Positions 38,944 through 49,626 of a stretch of DNA of 64,000 bases are shown one piece after another. Numbering within the stretch: the stretch's first letter is position 1; every line of letters begins with the position of its first letter. The notes under the pieces were generated by a model. That model did not search any database. It was not told the DNA's origin and saw only the letters and a list, made by a program, of their open reading frames with translations. Position numbers and translations under genes: made by a program. Source of the DNA: an uncultured bacterium. GTDB taxonomy: Bacteria; Zixibacteria; MSB-5A5; GN15; FEB-12. The DNA is taken from positions 311,601 through 375,600 of the forward strand of contig CAWGEP010000001.1 of assembly GCA_963821635.1 (NCBI GenBank). Direction: 5' to 3'.

Positions 38944-40278
38944 TTGCGGTCGATTATGAAGATTTTGCAGCGCTATGTCCTCTGGGAGCATGTTCCACCA
39001 TTTTTGTTTTCTTTCCTGATTATTACGTTTCTGCTCGTCATCGATTACGTTCCGCGCATTATCGACCACGTCATTGACAAAAACCTGTCGCTGGTGGTGG
39101 TCTTGGAACTTATCGGACTGAACCTGGCCTGGATGCTGGCGCTGTCGGTCCCGATGTCGGTCCTAGTCGGCACGCTGATGGCGTTCGGGCGGCTCACTTC
39201 CGACTTTGAGATCAGCGCGATCAAGTCCTCCGGCGTGCATCTGCTCAAGATTCTTACGCCCGTTCTGCTTGCCGGTGGCTTGATCATGGTTGGCATGATT
39301 ATTTTCAATGATCGCATCCTGCCCGATCTCAATCAGCGGGCCCGCATTCTATGGGGTGATATTTCCGCCATGCGCCCGACCCTGATTTTCAAATCCGGCA
39401 TTTTCGTGACCGACATTCCCGGCTACCTCGTATTGATCGACCATATCGATCATTCCACCTCGCGCGTCGATGGCGTCCGGATTACCGATACCCGTGTCCC
39501 GAGCAAACCGCGCATCGTGGTCGCCCAGTACGGTTATTTGAAAATGACCGACAACGCCAAGAACATGCAGTTCACACTGCACAACGGTGAGCTTCACTCC
39601 CTCGATCTCGAAAACCCTGACAATTATCGCAAACTTGATTTTGACACTCAGGTCATCAACATCAGCGGGACCGGTTCGGAGCTGGTCAGAACGGAGTCCG
39701 AGTACCGCACTGACCGGGAAATGCCGATCGCTGAGATGAAGCAGCAGGTCCAGCAAAGTCTGGCCGGCATCGTGCCGCTCTACGGCAAGATCGACACCAC
39801 CATGCGGGAGCGATTCGACTATCTTTTCAGCGACAGCTTCAAGTACAATCAGAAAGTCACCCCCAATGATTCGGTGGCCCTCTGGCTGGCCAAACTCGAT
39901 GCTTCCGGTTTGATGCGTCTGATCGAACGAAATAAGCAACAGATCGACGCCAAGAGTCTCGCCACCGACCGGTTCCAGATCGAGATCTACAAGAAGTACT
40001 CGATTCCGGCCGCCTCCCTCGCTTTCATCCTGATCGGTGCACCGCTGGGGATTCTTACCCGCAAAGGAGGCATGGGGATCGCCATCAGCATTTCCATTTT
40101 GCTGTTCATCGTCTACTGGGCGTTCTTAATTGGCGGCGAGGATCTGGCCGAACGCGGCATCGTGAGCCCATTTGCCGCCATGTGGAGCGCTAATATCATT
40201 CTGGGCGCAATCGGACTCTACCTGTTGTATATCGTCGTGACCGAGAAGCCGGTCTTCTCGTGGTTCCGGAAATCCTGA
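38944..40278 (+). CDS. LptF/LptG family LPS export permease
   Basis: The N-terminus ILQRYVLWEHVPPFLFSFLIITFLLVID is typical of the YjgP/YjgQ family. It has a large periplasmic beta-jellyroll between TM3 and TM4. Confidence 0.7.
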   Translation: MRSIMKILQRYVLWEHVPPFLFSFLIITFLLVIDYVPRIIDHVIDKNLSLVVVLELIGLNLAWMLALSVPMSVLVGTLMAFGRLTSDFEISAIKSSGVHLLKILTPVLLAGGLIMVGMIIFNDRILPDLNQRARILWGDISAMRPTLIFKSGIFVTDIPGYLVLIDHIDHSTSRVDGVRITDTRVPSKPRIVVAQYGYLKMTDNAKNMQFTLHNGELHSLDLENPDNYRKLDFDTQVINISGTGSELVRTESEYRTDREMPIAEMKQQVQQSLAGIVPLYGKIDTTMRERFDYLFSDSFKYNQKVTPNDSVALWLAKLDASGLMRLIERNKQQIDAKSLATDRFQIEIYKKYSIPAASLAFILIGAPLGILTRKGGMGIAISISILLFIVYWAFLIGGEDLAERGIVSPFAAMWSANIILGAIGLYLLYIVVTEKPVFSWFRKS

Positions 40279-41369
40279 TGTTCGTACCGATCAAGAAACT
40301 CGACGTTTATCTTCTCAAGGGCTTTTTCGTCGCGCTCTTTGTCGTCACCCTGGCGATCGGACTGACGATCATCGTCATCAACATGGTCGAGGAAATGCAC
40401 GGCTTTGTCGACCACCATGTCCCGATCTGGCGCATCCTCGAATACTACCTGTATTTCGGCGGCTGGGTGGTCAAGTCGTTTCTCCCCATGTTCGTCCTCC
40501 TGGCGCTTTTGTTTTCGGTCTCGATTCTGGCGCGACGACGCGAAATTCTGGCCATGAAAGCCAACGGCCTGTCCCTGTACCGTCTTACCTGGCCCTTCTT
40601 TCTGGCCGCCTGCGCCCTGGCCTACGGACATTTTTACTACTCCGAATACATCTTCCCGCCCTTAAACCAGCGCCGGCTCGAAATCAAAGAATTCGATATC
40701 GATCAGAAATCCAAAGAGGCCATGGCCAAAGTCCGCAATATCTACCGCCAGATCAACCCGGGCAGCTTCTACACGATCGGCGCGTTTGATACCGAGCGGG
40801 GTGAGGGAACCGATTTTCGTCTATACCGAAGCCACGGCTCCCATGTCCAGCAGATCATCACGGCGGAGCGGATTCGGTACCATGACTACCACTGGCTGAC
40901 CGAAAACGGCATGTCCCGCACATCCGACAGCGGCTCGGCCGAGTCGTTTCTGAAATTCGACACTCTCACCATCCCGGATATCCAGGACAAGCCGGCTGAT
41001 TTCGCCAAAAAAATGGCCGACCCGGTTGACATGGGGATCGATGATCTCAAAGGGTATATCGATCTCATGAAACGAACCGGCGGCCCGCATGTCCGGGAAT
41101 CGATTGACTACAAAGTCAAATTCTCATACCCGCTCTCGACTATAATTATCGTGCTAATCTGTGTGCCGCTGGCGGCCAACCCGAGGCGAAGCGGCATTGC
41201 AACCTCGTTTGCGGTCGGCGCGGGCATTGCCCTTATCTATTTTATTCTGTTCCGGGTTATGCAATCGGCCGGATACAACGAGAAGATTCCCGATTACATT
41301 GCCGTCTGGGGGGTGAACGCCTTTTTTGCCTTCATCGGTTTGGTTCTCATGATTGGAGCCCGGAAGTAA
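40278..41369 (+). CDS. LptF/LptG family LPS export permease (second subunit)
   Basis: KKLDVYLLKGFFVALFVVTLAIGLTIIVINM; same family. Translationally coupled to the upstream gene. Confidence 0.7.
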   Translation: MFVPIKKLDVYLLKGFFVALFVVTLAIGLTIIVINMVEEMHGFVDHHVPIWRILEYYLYFGGWVVKSFLPMFVLLALLFSVSILARRREILAMKANGLSLYRLTWPFFLAACALAYGHFYYSEYIFPPLNQRRLEIKEFDIDQKSKEAMAKVRNIYRQINPGSFYTIGAFDTERGEGTDFRLYRSHGSHVQQIITAERIRYHDYHWLTENGMSRTSDSGSAESFLKFDTLTIPDIQDKPADFAKKMADPVDMGIDDLKGYIDLMKRTGGPHVRESIDYKVKFSYPLSTIIIVLICVPLAANPRRSGIATSFAVGAGIALIYFILFRVMQSAGYNEKIPDYIAVWGVNAFFAFIGLVLMIGARK

Positions 41370-42148
41370 TGCCGCACTCGGAACACGAGAAGAATCGTGC
41401 CATGTGGAACGAGATCGTCGAAATCCACATCAATCACCCGGAGTACGCCACCGAAAAATTCATTGCGGGCGGCTCGAGCCTCAAGAAACTCGAGTTAGGA
41501 GAACTCGGCGATGTGCGCGGCAAGAAGCTCCTGCATCTCATGTGCCAGTTTGGCCTTGATACCCTATCCTGGGCCCGCGAAGGAGCAATCGTCACCGGCG
41601 CCGACATTTCTGATCGCTCAGTCGAACTGGCCCGGGAGTTATCCGCCAAATCCGGCGTACCGGGGACGTTTGTCCGAAGCGATGTGCTTGATCTGACCGG
41701 CAAAATCGATGACCACTTCGACATAGTTTACCAGTCGTACGGAACACTATGCTGGTTGGGTGACCTGAAACGCTGGGCGCAGGTTGTCGCGCATTATCTC
41801 AAACCGGGCGGGACGTTTCTGTTGATCGATGATCACCCGGCGCATTTCCTCTTTTCCGAGCCCGGGCTGAGCTATTTCGCCGACAAGCCGGACTATTTCG
41901 AAAACGAACCGGATTATTGCGACCGTTCCTATCGCCGCAAGAATGTCTCGGTGGAATGGATTCACTCCATATCAGAATTGCTCACCTCGTTGATTGACAC
42001 CGGCCTGGTGATTGAGAAATTTCAGGAATTCGATTACGGGTATTATCACGAAGGGGAAGGCTGGACGAAAATCGAAGACCGCTGGTACCCACCTACCGGC
42101 CCCTCGAAACACCCGCTGATGCTGCTGGTGCGGGCAACTAAGTCCTGA
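41369..42148 (+). CDS. Class I SAM-dependent methyltransferase
   Basis: LLHLMCQFGLDTLSWAREGAIVTGADIS (motif I) with Rossmann-fold features. Confidence 0.65.
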   Translation: MPHSEHEKNRAMWNEIVEIHINHPEYATEKFIAGGSSLKKLELGELGDVRGKKLLHLMCQFGLDTLSWAREGAIVTGADISDRSVELARELSAKSGVPGTFVRSDVLDLTGKIDDHFDIVYQSYGTLCWLGDLKRWAQVVAHYLKPGGTFLLIDDHPAHFLFSEPGLSYFADKPDYFENEPDYCDRSYRRKNVSVEWIHSISELLTSLIDTGLVIEKFQEFDYGYYHEGEGWTKIEDRWYPPTGPSKHPLMLLVRATKS

Positions 42149-42170
42149 CCACTTCTGTCGTCCGTTTCGC

Positions 42171-42300
42171 GTCATTGCGAGCCCCAACTTGTCATCCCGA
42201 GCGCAGTCGAGGGACGAACCCAACGGGCGAAGCAATCTGCCCCCGGACCATCAAATCTCCTCCCACAAATCGCTCCAAGTCAGGTTGATAGGGCCGTTTG
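42171..42300 (+). repeat. Dispersed repeat unit (GTCATTGCGAG...GTCATCCCGAGCGCAGTCGAGGGACGAAC...GAAGCAATCTG) plus duplicated GIY-YIG 3' end fragment
   Basis: Shares its terminal motifs with the units at 42302, 42663, 57789, 57853 and 61008. Its tail is ~80% identical to 42352..42412. Confidence 0.7.
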
Positions 42301-42301
42301 C

Positions 42302-42412
42302 GTCATTGCGAGGAGCAGTCATTTCTTCATCTTGTGCGACGAAGCAATCTGCCCTCGGAACATCAAATCTCGCCCCACAGGTCACTCCAAGTTGGGTTGA
42401 CGGAGTCTACCA
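42302..42412 (+). repeat. Dispersed repeat unit (GTCATTGCGAGG...GAAGCAATCTG) overlapping 3' end of GIY-YIG gene
   Basis: Tandem with 42171..42300. Confidence 0.7.
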
Positions 42413-42644
42413 GCGCAACTTTCCGCTTACGCGACCCTCCCTTAATCTGCTTCTCCCTCGCAATCGCCAGCTCGATGTCTCCGAATGCCTCATAATAGAC
42501 CAGCTTCGTTGCGTGGTATCGTTCCGTAAACCCAATGATCAATGATTGGCGATGCTGGTAGACGCGCGCTTTCAGGTCGCTAGTCACTCCGACATACAGG
42601 ACGCGGTTCTCAGCGTTTGTCATAATATAAACGAATGAACTCAT
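42363..42644 (-). CDS. GIY-YIG nuclease family protein (COG2827-like, 93 aa)
   Basis: FVYIMTNAENRVLYVGVTSDLKARVYQH contains the GIY-YIG motif. Confidence 0.7.
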   Translation of the reverse strand: MSSFVYIMTNAENRVLYVGVTSDLKARVYQHRQSLIIGFTERYHATKLVYYEAFGDIELAIAREKQIKGGSRKRKVALVDSVNPTWSDLWGEI

Positions 42645-42662
42645 GGTGCTGAATGCAGGGAC

Positions 42663-42707
42663 AGATTGCTTCGGCGTCCCGCTTTCAGCGGGACTTCTCG
42701 CAATGAC
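42663..42707 (-). repeat. Palindromic repeat element GTCATTGCGAG-AA-GTCCCGCTGAAAGCGGGAC-GCC-GAAGCAATCTG immediately 5' of GIY-YIG start
   Basis: An internal perfect 7-bp hairpin is flanked by the family end-motifs. Confidence 0.7.
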
Positions 42708-42824
42708 GCGGAACGGAATACTGTCTGCTGGCCGGTGAGAAGGTTGACCAGACCCCTCAAACTGTGTGCCAGAAGTGAGTCACTCCTGGCACATCAAATT
42801 CCCGTCAGTTGATCCGATCCCCCC

Positions 42825-44084
42825 CTACGTCCCCATCTCCCAACTGCTCAGATATTTCTTCTGCTCCGGCGTCAACCGATCCAGCGATACCCCCATCGAT
42901 TTCAATTTCAGCGCCGCAATCGCCTCGTCAATCTTGGCTGGCACGACATATACTTTCCGCTGAAGCTTGTGATGGTTCTTCACCACAAACTCCGCCGCCA
43001 GTGCCTGATTGGCAAACGACATATCCATTACCATCGCCGGATGCCCCTCCGCCGCCGCCAAATTCACCAGCCGCCCCTCGGCCAGTACATACACGCGTTT
43101 CCGGTTGATCGTATACTCTTCGACATTCGGCCGGACTTCGCGATGCGATGACGCCGCTTTGGAAATTCGTTTCAGATCGATCTCGACATTGAAATGTCCC
43201 GAATTGCAAATGATCGCGCCATCTTTCATGCGCTTTACATGCTCGAGCCGGATAACATTTATATCTCCGGTCAGCGTGATAAACAGATCTCCGACCGTCG
43301 CCGCACGCGCCATCGGCATAACATTAAATCCGTCCATCGCCGCTTCGATTCCCTTGACCGGATCGACTTCCGTCACGATGACATTTGCACCAAGTCCTTT
43401 GGCTCGCGAGGCGACCCCGCGTCCACACCAGCCATACCCAGCGATCACGACCGTGGCCCCGGCGAACAACATATTCGTGGCCCGAATCACGCCATCGAGC
43501 GTCGACTGCCCGGTACCATACCGGTTGTCAAACATATGTTTGGTCTTGGATTCGTTTACGGCTATCACAGCGAACAGAAGCGCGTTGTTCTGCTCCATCG
43601 CCTTCAGCCGAATCACGCCGGTGGTGGTTTCTTCGGTCCCGGCAAAGACATGTTTCGCCAAATCCTTCCGATCCGTATGCAAGGTCGAGACCAAATCCGC
43701 GCCATCATCCATCGTGATATGTGGCTTGAGATCGAGGGCCGAGTGAATATGCTTGTAGTATGTCTTGTGATCCTCGCCATGAATCGCGTGCACAGCGATT
43801 CCATATTCGTGCACTAAAGCGGCGGCCGTCTCATCCTGGGTCGAAAGCGGATTCGAGGCGCACAGCGCCAGATTCGCCCCACCCGCCTTCAGCGTCCGCA
43901 TCAGATTGGCGGTCTCGGTGGTTACATGCAGGCAGGCCGCAATATTGACCCCCTTGAGCGGTTTCTCTTTGGCAAACCGTTCCCGGATCAATTCGAGTAC
44001 CGGCATCGCCTTGTCCGCCCACTCGATTTTTTGCCGCCCGGCTTTGGCTAACTTGATGTTTTTGATATCGAATTTTCTGCTCAT
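42825..44084 (-). CDS. ahcY: Adenosylhomocysteinase
   Basis: NAD-binding motif [31 protein letters not shown]. The length and N-terminus are typical of AhcY. Confidence 0.85.
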   Translation of the reverse strand: MSRKFDIKNIKLAKAGRQKIEWADKAMPVLELIRERFAKEKPLKGVNIAACLHVTTETANLMRTLKAGGANLALCASNPLSTQDETAAALVHEYGIAVHAIHGEDHKTYYKHIHSALDLKPHITMDDGADLVSTLHTDRKDLAKHVFAGTEETTTGVIRLKAMEQNNALLFAVIAVNESKTKHMFDNRYGTGQSTLDGVIRATNMLFAGATVVIAGYGWCGRGVASRAKGLGANVIVTEVDPVKGIEAAMDGFNVMPMARAATVGDLFITLTGDINVIRLEHVKRMKDGAIICNSGHFNVEIDLKRISKAASSHREVRPNVEEYTINRKRVYVLAEGRLVNLAAAEGHPAMVMDMSFANQALAAEFVVKNHHKLQRKVYVVPAKIDEAIAALKLKSMGVSLDRLTPEQKKYLSSWEMGT

Positions 44085-44085
44085 G

Positions 44086-45249
44086 CTAAGCTTCCTTCGC
44101 CAAGGTCGCGGCGCGATCCGTCCGCTCCCACGTGAATTCTTTTTCGTGACGGCCAAAATGCCCGTACGACGCCGTCATGCGGTAGATCGGACGAAGCAGA
44201 TTCAGCTCTTTGATGATGCCGCGCGGCGTCAGATCGAAATGCTTGTGAATCAACTGCACGATTCGCTTCTCCGGAATCCGGCAGGTTCCATCGGTGAATA
44301 CCATCAAAGAAACCGGTTTGGCCACGCCGATGGCATATGCCAGCTGAATCGTGCATTTGTCGGCCAGACCGCTCGCCACGATATTTTTGGCGATATATCG
44401 CGCCATGTAACTGGCCGAACGGTCCACCTTGGTCGGATCTTTGCCCGAAAACGCCCCGCCGCCGTGTGAGGCCATCCCACCGTAGGTGTCGACAATGATC
44501 TTCCGCCCGGTCATACCGGTATCAGACTGCGGTCCGCCAATCACGAACTTACCGGTCGGATTGACATAGTACTTGGTCTTGCGGTCGAGCATGTTCTTCG
44601 GAATAACCGGCAGGACCACCTTTTGAATTATCTCTTCTTTTGACTTGTTGGTAATATGCTTCCCGGTCCTGTCCAGAATGTCCACGGTGTGCTGAGTCGA
44701 AATCACCACCGTATCGACTCGTCTTGGCACTCCGTCTTCATACTCGATAGTCACCTGCGATTTTCCATCCGGCCCAAGATACCCGAGCTGCTTTTTCTTG
44801 CGGACTTCCGCCAGGCGGCGGGTAAGCTTGTGCGCCAGCATGATCGGCATCGGCATGAGCTCTTTGGTCTCCCGGCAGGCGTAGCCGGCCATCAAGCCCT
44901 GATCTCCCGCTCCGCCCGTGTTGACCCCCTGGGCGATATCCGGAGACTGCGAGCCGATCGTATTGAGAATCGCGCAAGTATTGTAGGTGAAGCCGTGTTC
45001 CGGTTCGGTATACCCCACTTCCTTCACGATCTTCTTGACCAGATCGTGTATGTCCACATAGGTGTGGGTCGTAATTTCACCGCCGACAATAACCAGGCCG
45101 ACCGAGACGAAAGTCTCGCAGGCCACCCGGCCGTTTTTGTCCTTTGCGAGAACTGAGTCCAGAACGCCATCGGAAATTTGATCCGCCAGCTTATCCGGAT
45201 GTCCCTCGGTCACCGACTCCGAGGTAAAGAGGAAACTTCCTCCAGCCAT
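44086..45249 (-). CDS. metK: S-adenosylmethionine synthetase
   Basis: [39 protein letters not shown]. Confidence 0.9.
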   Translation of the reverse strand: MAGGSFLFTSESVTEGHPDKLADQISDGVLDSVLAKDKNGRVACETFVSVGLVIVGGEITTHTYVDIHDLVKKIVKEVGYTEPEHGFTYNTCAILNTIGSQSPDIAQGVNTGGAGDQGLMAGYACRETKELMPMPIMLAHKLTRRLAEVRKKKQLGYLGPDGKSQVTIEYEDGVPRRVDTVVISTQHTVDILDRTGKHITNKSKEEIIQKVVLPVIPKNMLDRKTKYYVNPTGKFVIGGPQSDTGMTGRKIIVDTYGGMASHGGGAFSGKDPTKVDRSASYMARYIAKNIVASGLADKCTIQLAYAIGVAKPVSLMVFTDGTCRIPEKRIVQLIHKHFDLTPRGIIKELNLLRPIYRMTASYGHFGRHEKEFTWERTDRAATLAKEA

Positions 45250-45294
45250 TGCATCTACTCCTTATATCTGATGAATATCCAATCGCTTCTTGTC

Positions 45295-46269
45295 TCACGT
45301 AATGACGATCTCCGATGAGTCGCCCACATTCACTTTCTTGGCCACGCCGTGAATAATAACATGATGCCCCACCAGCGAATCCTCGAGCACCGCGTGGGAA
45401 ACTTTGGCAAATGGCCCGATAATCGTATCGATTATTACCGAGTTCTCCACTACTGCGCCCTCCGAAATCGACACATACGGTCCGAGCACCGAGCCCTTGA
45501 CACTTGCTCCCTCGGCCACAAAAACCGGCGGGATCACGACCGATCCCTCCACTCGCGCCGTCTGCTGCTTGGTACTCAGCAAATGACGGTTGGTGGCCAG
45601 GACGGTCTCTTTCTTGCCGCAATCGAGCCAGGCTCCAACTTCGAACGGAAGAAACCGCGTCCCCTGCTGAATCATCGTCTGCAGGGCGTCGGTGAACTGT
45701 ATCTCTCCCCGAGTCATATTCCCTGACTTTACGTGCTCATTCAGTACTTTGCGCAATTTTGCCGTGTTATGAAAGTAGTAAAGACCGACTATGGCCAGAT
45801 TGGTCTTGGGATTGGTCGGCTTCTCCTCCAAACCGGCCACATAACCATCTTTTAGTTCGGCAATCCCGAACCGGTGCGGGTCATCCACCGCCTTGAGGGC
45901 GAGCACACTCTCACCCGCTTTGACGAACTTCTCCAAATCGGTCTCGACAATTGTATCGCCAAGCAGGATCAACAGCGGGCCGTCCTCCATTTCGGCAAGC
46001 GCCAGGCTCAAGGCATACCCCAGGCCCAAAAGCTGCTCCTGGTGCACAAACCTCGCCTTAAACGAGTACGTGCTTTCGATATACCGCCGGACATCTTCCC
46101 CCTTAAAGCCGATGACGAAAATCACCTCTTCCGGATTGAGCCGGATTATCGGCTCCAATACGTGGGAAAGGATCGTCCGTCCCGCAACGTGGAGGAGTAC
46201 TTTCGAAGTCGAGTATGTGTGTGGGCGAAGCCGCGATCCAACCCCCGCGACCGGGATGATGACCTTCAA
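45295..46269 (-). CDS. Sugar-1-phosphate nucleotidyltransferase with C-terminal hexapeptide-repeat (LbH) domain
   Basis: The N-terminal motif MKVIIPVAGVGSRLRP is the NTP-transferase signature. The C-terminal repeats are of the form VxGxxVxIxxxAxV. Confidence 0.7.
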   Translation of the reverse strand: MKVIIPVAGVGSRLRPHTYSTSKVLLHVAGRTILSHVLEPIIRLNPEEVIFVIGFKGEDVRRYIESTYSFKARFVHQEQLLGLGYALSLALAEMEDGPLLILLGDTIVETDLEKFVKAGESVLALKAVDDPHRFGIAELKDGYVAGLEEKPTNPKTNLAIVGLYYFHNTAKLRKVLNEHVKSGNMTRGEIQFTDALQTMIQQGTRFLPFEVGAWLDCGKKETVLATNRHLLSTKQQTARVEGSVVIPPVFVAEGASVKGSVLGPYVSISEGAVVENSVIIDTIIGPFAKVSHAVLEDSLVGHHVIIHGVAKKVNVGDSSEIVIT

Positions 46270-46354
46270 CTAAATCTCTCCTGTTTGGTCCGAAGGTAAG
46301 AGAACTCGGCCCCCTCCACAAGCCCTATCGTGCCGGCCGCCAGCGTTACGGCGA

Positions 46355-47446
46355 TCAACGCTGCGCGAATACGGTCGCCGGGCTGGTGTAAAGCGGAGTC
46401 CCTGAGTCGCGAAGCGGCACAAAGTGCGTGCTGTCCGCTATCCGCTCATAGAGCCCGACCAGCGCCTGGGTCGGCGGACCGGTGTAGATAAATCTTCGAT
46501 AAGCGGTCGCGATAAACCCCGGCTTCCAGTCAGTGGATCGCGCCTCAGGATGGAAATCGAAGGCCAGTTGTCGTTCGGGGCCAGACAGCGTCGTGTCGGT
46601 CGAAAAGAGCCGGAAAGCCACGCGATAGTCCGAGGTCAGCTTTTCATGCGGCATAAAGTAGAATTCTGCCGCGTACCAACTCCCGGCCTGACGCGAAATC
46701 CGCATCGAGACCAGGTCAATCTTGGGTTCGCCAAAACTGGCCAGAGTCGTGGACGGCAGCCGGCCCTTGTACCCCAGGCTCAACAGAAAACAGCGATCAT
46801 CAGGCGACAAGCCGCCCGGCGAATCCGATTTCAGCGCGCTGCTGGCGGTGTGGACATCCAGAAGATGCGGCACCAGATACTCTTTGCCAAACTCCTGGTG
46901 CAGGCTGTCCGAGAGCATGAAATACTTGAGCACCATCAACTGCTCTGAGAGGGGAAGTTTCTTATTGTCCGGGTCAAAATCCGGGGGAACGACCGAATCC
47001 AGCACCGCCTTCTCCCAGACTCCAAACAGCCTGGTGTTCGCCTGAAGCCGCTCATCCTGGGGGCGTGCAAACGCCGCCAGGGTAAAGAACCGGGCGGCCG
47101 TGGAAAACATCGATGGTCCCTGGGACGCCAGTTGCTCGGCTCTGGATTTGAATTTGGCCCCAAGTCGGCCAACTACATCTCTCCACGGTGAGTTGTCCAA
47201 AAGTTCGGGATGCTCGGTATACAGATCGGCGAAGCTGGCTGTGATCGTATCAAAAGTACCGAGCTTCCCCGACTCGATCCCGTCAATAAGAGCCAGCGCT
47301 CTGGGCGGGAATTTTTCAGGATTCCCGGTCGTGTCGTACGCCTTCTTATCCGGATTATAGCCGCAACTGGTGAGAACAAATAGGATCAGGGCAAAACAGG
47401 TGATTCCGCGCATGGTCAAATTCAAGATATCGTGTCGTTTGTCCAC
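46355..47446 (-). CDS. Hypothetical lipoprotein
   Basis: Signal peptide with lipobox LTSC. 363 aa, no recognisable domain. Confidence 0.45.
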   Translation of the reverse strand: MDKRHDILNLTMRGITCFALILFVLTSCGYNPDKKAYDTTGNPEKFPPRALALIDGIESGKLGTFDTITASFADLYTEHPELLDNSPWRDVVGRLGAKFKSRAEQLASQGPSMFSTAARFFTLAAFARPQDERLQANTRLFGVWEKAVLDSVVPPDFDPDNKKLPLSEQLMVLKYFMLSDSLHQEFGKEYLVPHLLDVHTASSALKSDSPGGLSPDDRCFLLSLGYKGRLPSTTLASFGEPKIDLVSMRISRQAGSWYAAEFYFMPHEKLTSDYRVAFRLFSTDTTLSGPERQLAFDFHPEARSTDWKPGFIATAYRRFIYTGPPTQALVGLYERIADSTHFVPLRDSGTPLYTSPATVFAQR

Positions 47447-47484
47447 AAGGTAGTCTAAATTATACCCCGCGGCGCGATCTGCGG

Positions 47485-48129
47485 TCAGAAAATATGAAGC
47501 AGATTTGCCAGCCAGTCATGATATAAGAAATAGACCCGCCCGATCAGAAGCGAGATGCGCCCCATCACCGTGTACCCGAAATGGGCCCCGAAAGAAATCA
47601 TGATAAACCAGATGCCGATTCTCGCCGTCACCCCCAGCGCTCCCACATGCTCCTTGGAAAAATAGAAATAAATCAAGGTCGAAATTACTCCAACCACGAC
47701 AATCGCCGTCAAGACATAATTGGGTACGCCGCCGGTCGTCTGCGGAATCATGGTCGCCTGCATTTGATATAAGACCTTGCCGTGAAGTTCCGAAAGCAGG
47801 AACACCCCCGCCGTATTCCCCATGATAAAGGCCAGCCCTATTCGGGAAAGCCAGCTCCATTTCTCCGATAGCCGGGAGAACATGAGCAATCCCATGATCC
47901 CCGGGATCACCAGCCAGAATTTGCTGAGGCTGTCTCCGGTCGTCAGCGGTACCCAAAGCTGCTGGACAATGACCGTGTCATAGTACAGCCCGATATAATA
48001 CCCGACCGAAATCCCGGCAAAGATATGCTCCGCCAGCCGGAACACCGGATTGTCCTTGTATAGAAAAGAGAAGATTGCCAGCGTGAAGAACGCCGCCACC
48101 CAGGTTTCAAACAGGGCCATGCCGCTCAT
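47485..48129 (-). CDS. Polytopic membrane protein (operon gene 4, unknown function)
   Basis: About 6 TM segments. Overlaps the upstream gene by 4 nt. Confidence 0.45.
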   Translation of the reverse strand: MSGMALFETWVAAFFTLAIFSFLYKDNPVFRLAEHIFAGISVGYYIGLYYDTVIVQQLWVPLTTGDSLSKFWLVIPGIMGLLMFSRLSEKWSWLSRIGLAFIMGNTAGVFLLSELHGKVLYQMQATMIPQTTGGVPNYVLTAIVVVGVISTLIYFYFSKEHVGALGVTARIGIWFIMISFGAHFGYTVMGRISLLIGRVYFLYHDWLANLLHIF

Positions 48130-48962
48130 GCCTTGGCTCTCCCCTTGGCTCGACGCATCATGAAATATCCGATATTCCCGATCAGGATCAGCCCGATAAT
48201 CAGCAAATGCAGAAGCGACTGAATCCCCATGCCGATCACCGCCAATGCCGGCTTTCCCACCAAAATCTCATATTCGGCCGCCCCTTTCATCCCGCCCAGC
48301 AGCCCGACTAGCTGCCCCGAAGACGCGTAGGCGTACTGCTTGGGGGCCATCACCGCCGTAACCCCGGCGCCGACTGGTATGCCATATTGAGCATGAACGA
48401 TTGATATCCAGTAATCGATAATCCCGTTATCCGCGACTACAAAGATCATCTTCATATCCTTGTAGCTTTTGACTGTTCGCATCAGCGGCAGGCTGTCCAG
48501 CGGCGTGCCGGAATTGTCGGTCGGATATATAGACGCAATCGACGATCCCATCCCCTTCAGTACTGAAACGTAATTCGGTTTGTACCCAAGGTTGACGTAA
48601 TCCACCCCGTACACTTTGCCGTACTGCCTGGCCAGATCCCGGGTCACCCGCTCCTCTACCGAAGGTCCCCCGAACGGTATGGTCGAGACCGTCACCACTT
48701 TCAGGTTCTTGCGGAACATATGATGCAGTGCCGCGCGCGCCATCGGCTCGGTCTCCGCCAGCGCCTGGGCATAGACATCGAAAGTCAGCATCACGACCGA
48801 TGAATCCGGCAAGGAATCAACCTTGTTGTAAAGATTTCGTGCCTCCGGAGAAATCCCGATCGGAAAATGAGTCGGGACGATGAGCGGAATGATCACCGCG
48901 ACCGCGACCATCAGAAAGATCCAGCGCCGGTCAAGCCTCGAGAACCGTTCCCAGATTGTCAT
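48126..48962 (-). CDS. Bitopic membrane protein with central soluble domain (operon gene 3, unknown function)
   Basis: An N-terminal TM segment, a ~200-aa soluble domain and a C-terminal TM pair. The architecture mirrors 49623..50444. Confidence 0.45.
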   Translation of the reverse strand: MTIWERFSRLDRRWIFLMVAVAVIIPLIVPTHFPIGISPEARNLYNKVDSLPDSSVVMLTFDVYAQALAETEPMARAALHHMFRKNLKVVTVSTIPFGGPSVEERVTRDLARQYGKVYGVDYVNLGYKPNYVSVLKGMGSSIASIYPTDNSGTPLDSLPLMRTVKSYKDMKMIFVVADNGIIDYWISIVHAQYGIPVGAGVTAVMAPKQYAYASSGQLVGLLGGMKGAAEYEILVGKPALAVIGMGIQSLLHLLIIGLILIGNIGYFMMRRAKGRAKA

Positions 48963-48966
48963 GCGC

Positions 48967-49626
48967 TCAGCCTCTCCCCATATAAGTCCGCTCGATACCG
49001 AGCAGTATCCGGAGCGACATCGAAGCCGCCCCCAGCGCCGCTCCCACGATAATCCCCCGCTGGACCGACATATTGATGCCGTTCATGATATAGGTATTGA
49101 TAAACGCCGGAATATGGTGTGAGATCGAGTTTAAGAACGCTTCTCCCATCGGCACGCGCCAGAGCATGACCACCGAAGCCGTCAGAAGCAGCAGTGTCGC
49201 CTCCGCACTCCGGGCGCGAAAAGCGCGATAAGCCGCCGAGGCGATATAAAACGCCAGCATCGCAAACATTGTCCCGGCCATCGGCGTGCTGACATTGGTG
49301 AAGACCCAGTCATAAAAGGATCCGGTATTCCGGCCCAGCATTGATGACCAACTCGCCGGAAGCATCGACGGCAACCCGACCACGAAAACGCAGAGCACCG
49401 TAATCAGGTTATAAACCCAGCCCGGCCGCCGTCCGGAAACTGACTTGAGATTCACCCGGGTAATCGAGACTGCTCCCAGGAGCAGCGAGAATCCACCGAT
49501 AATCGATGCCCATACCAGCAGCTGATCCGAAAGTTGATCCGGGAGCGAATCCGGTTGTGAGAAGAATGCCACAACCATCACGATGCCGGAGAGAAAGGCG
49601 ATAATGAGCGGAAGAGCACGCTTCAT
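48967..49626 (-). CDS. Polytopic membrane protein (operon gene 2, unknown function)
   Basis: About 6 TM segments. ATGA overlap with the upstream gene. Confidence 0.45.
   Translation of the reverse strand: MKRALPLIIAFLSGIVMVVAFFSQPDSLPDQLSDQLLVWASIIGGFSLLLGAVSITRVNLKSVSGRRPGWVYNLITVLCVFVVGLPSMLPASWSSMLGRNTGSFYDWVFTNVSTPMAGTMFAMLAFYIASAAYRAFRARSAEATLLLLTASVVMLWRVPMGEAFLNSISHHIPAFINTYIMNGINMSVQRGIIVGAALGAASMSLRILLGIERTYMGRG

Noticed and set aside
42189-42545. ORFs 42189-42545 and 42298-42495 on plus strand
   Set aside because: They are translations of the dispersed repeat elements (the SLRGAV…ATKQSALG type). Equivalent peptides arise wherever the repeat occurs, so they are not genes.
43009-43817. 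Plus-strand ORFs of 245 and 207 aa
   Set aside because: Antisense to ahcY.
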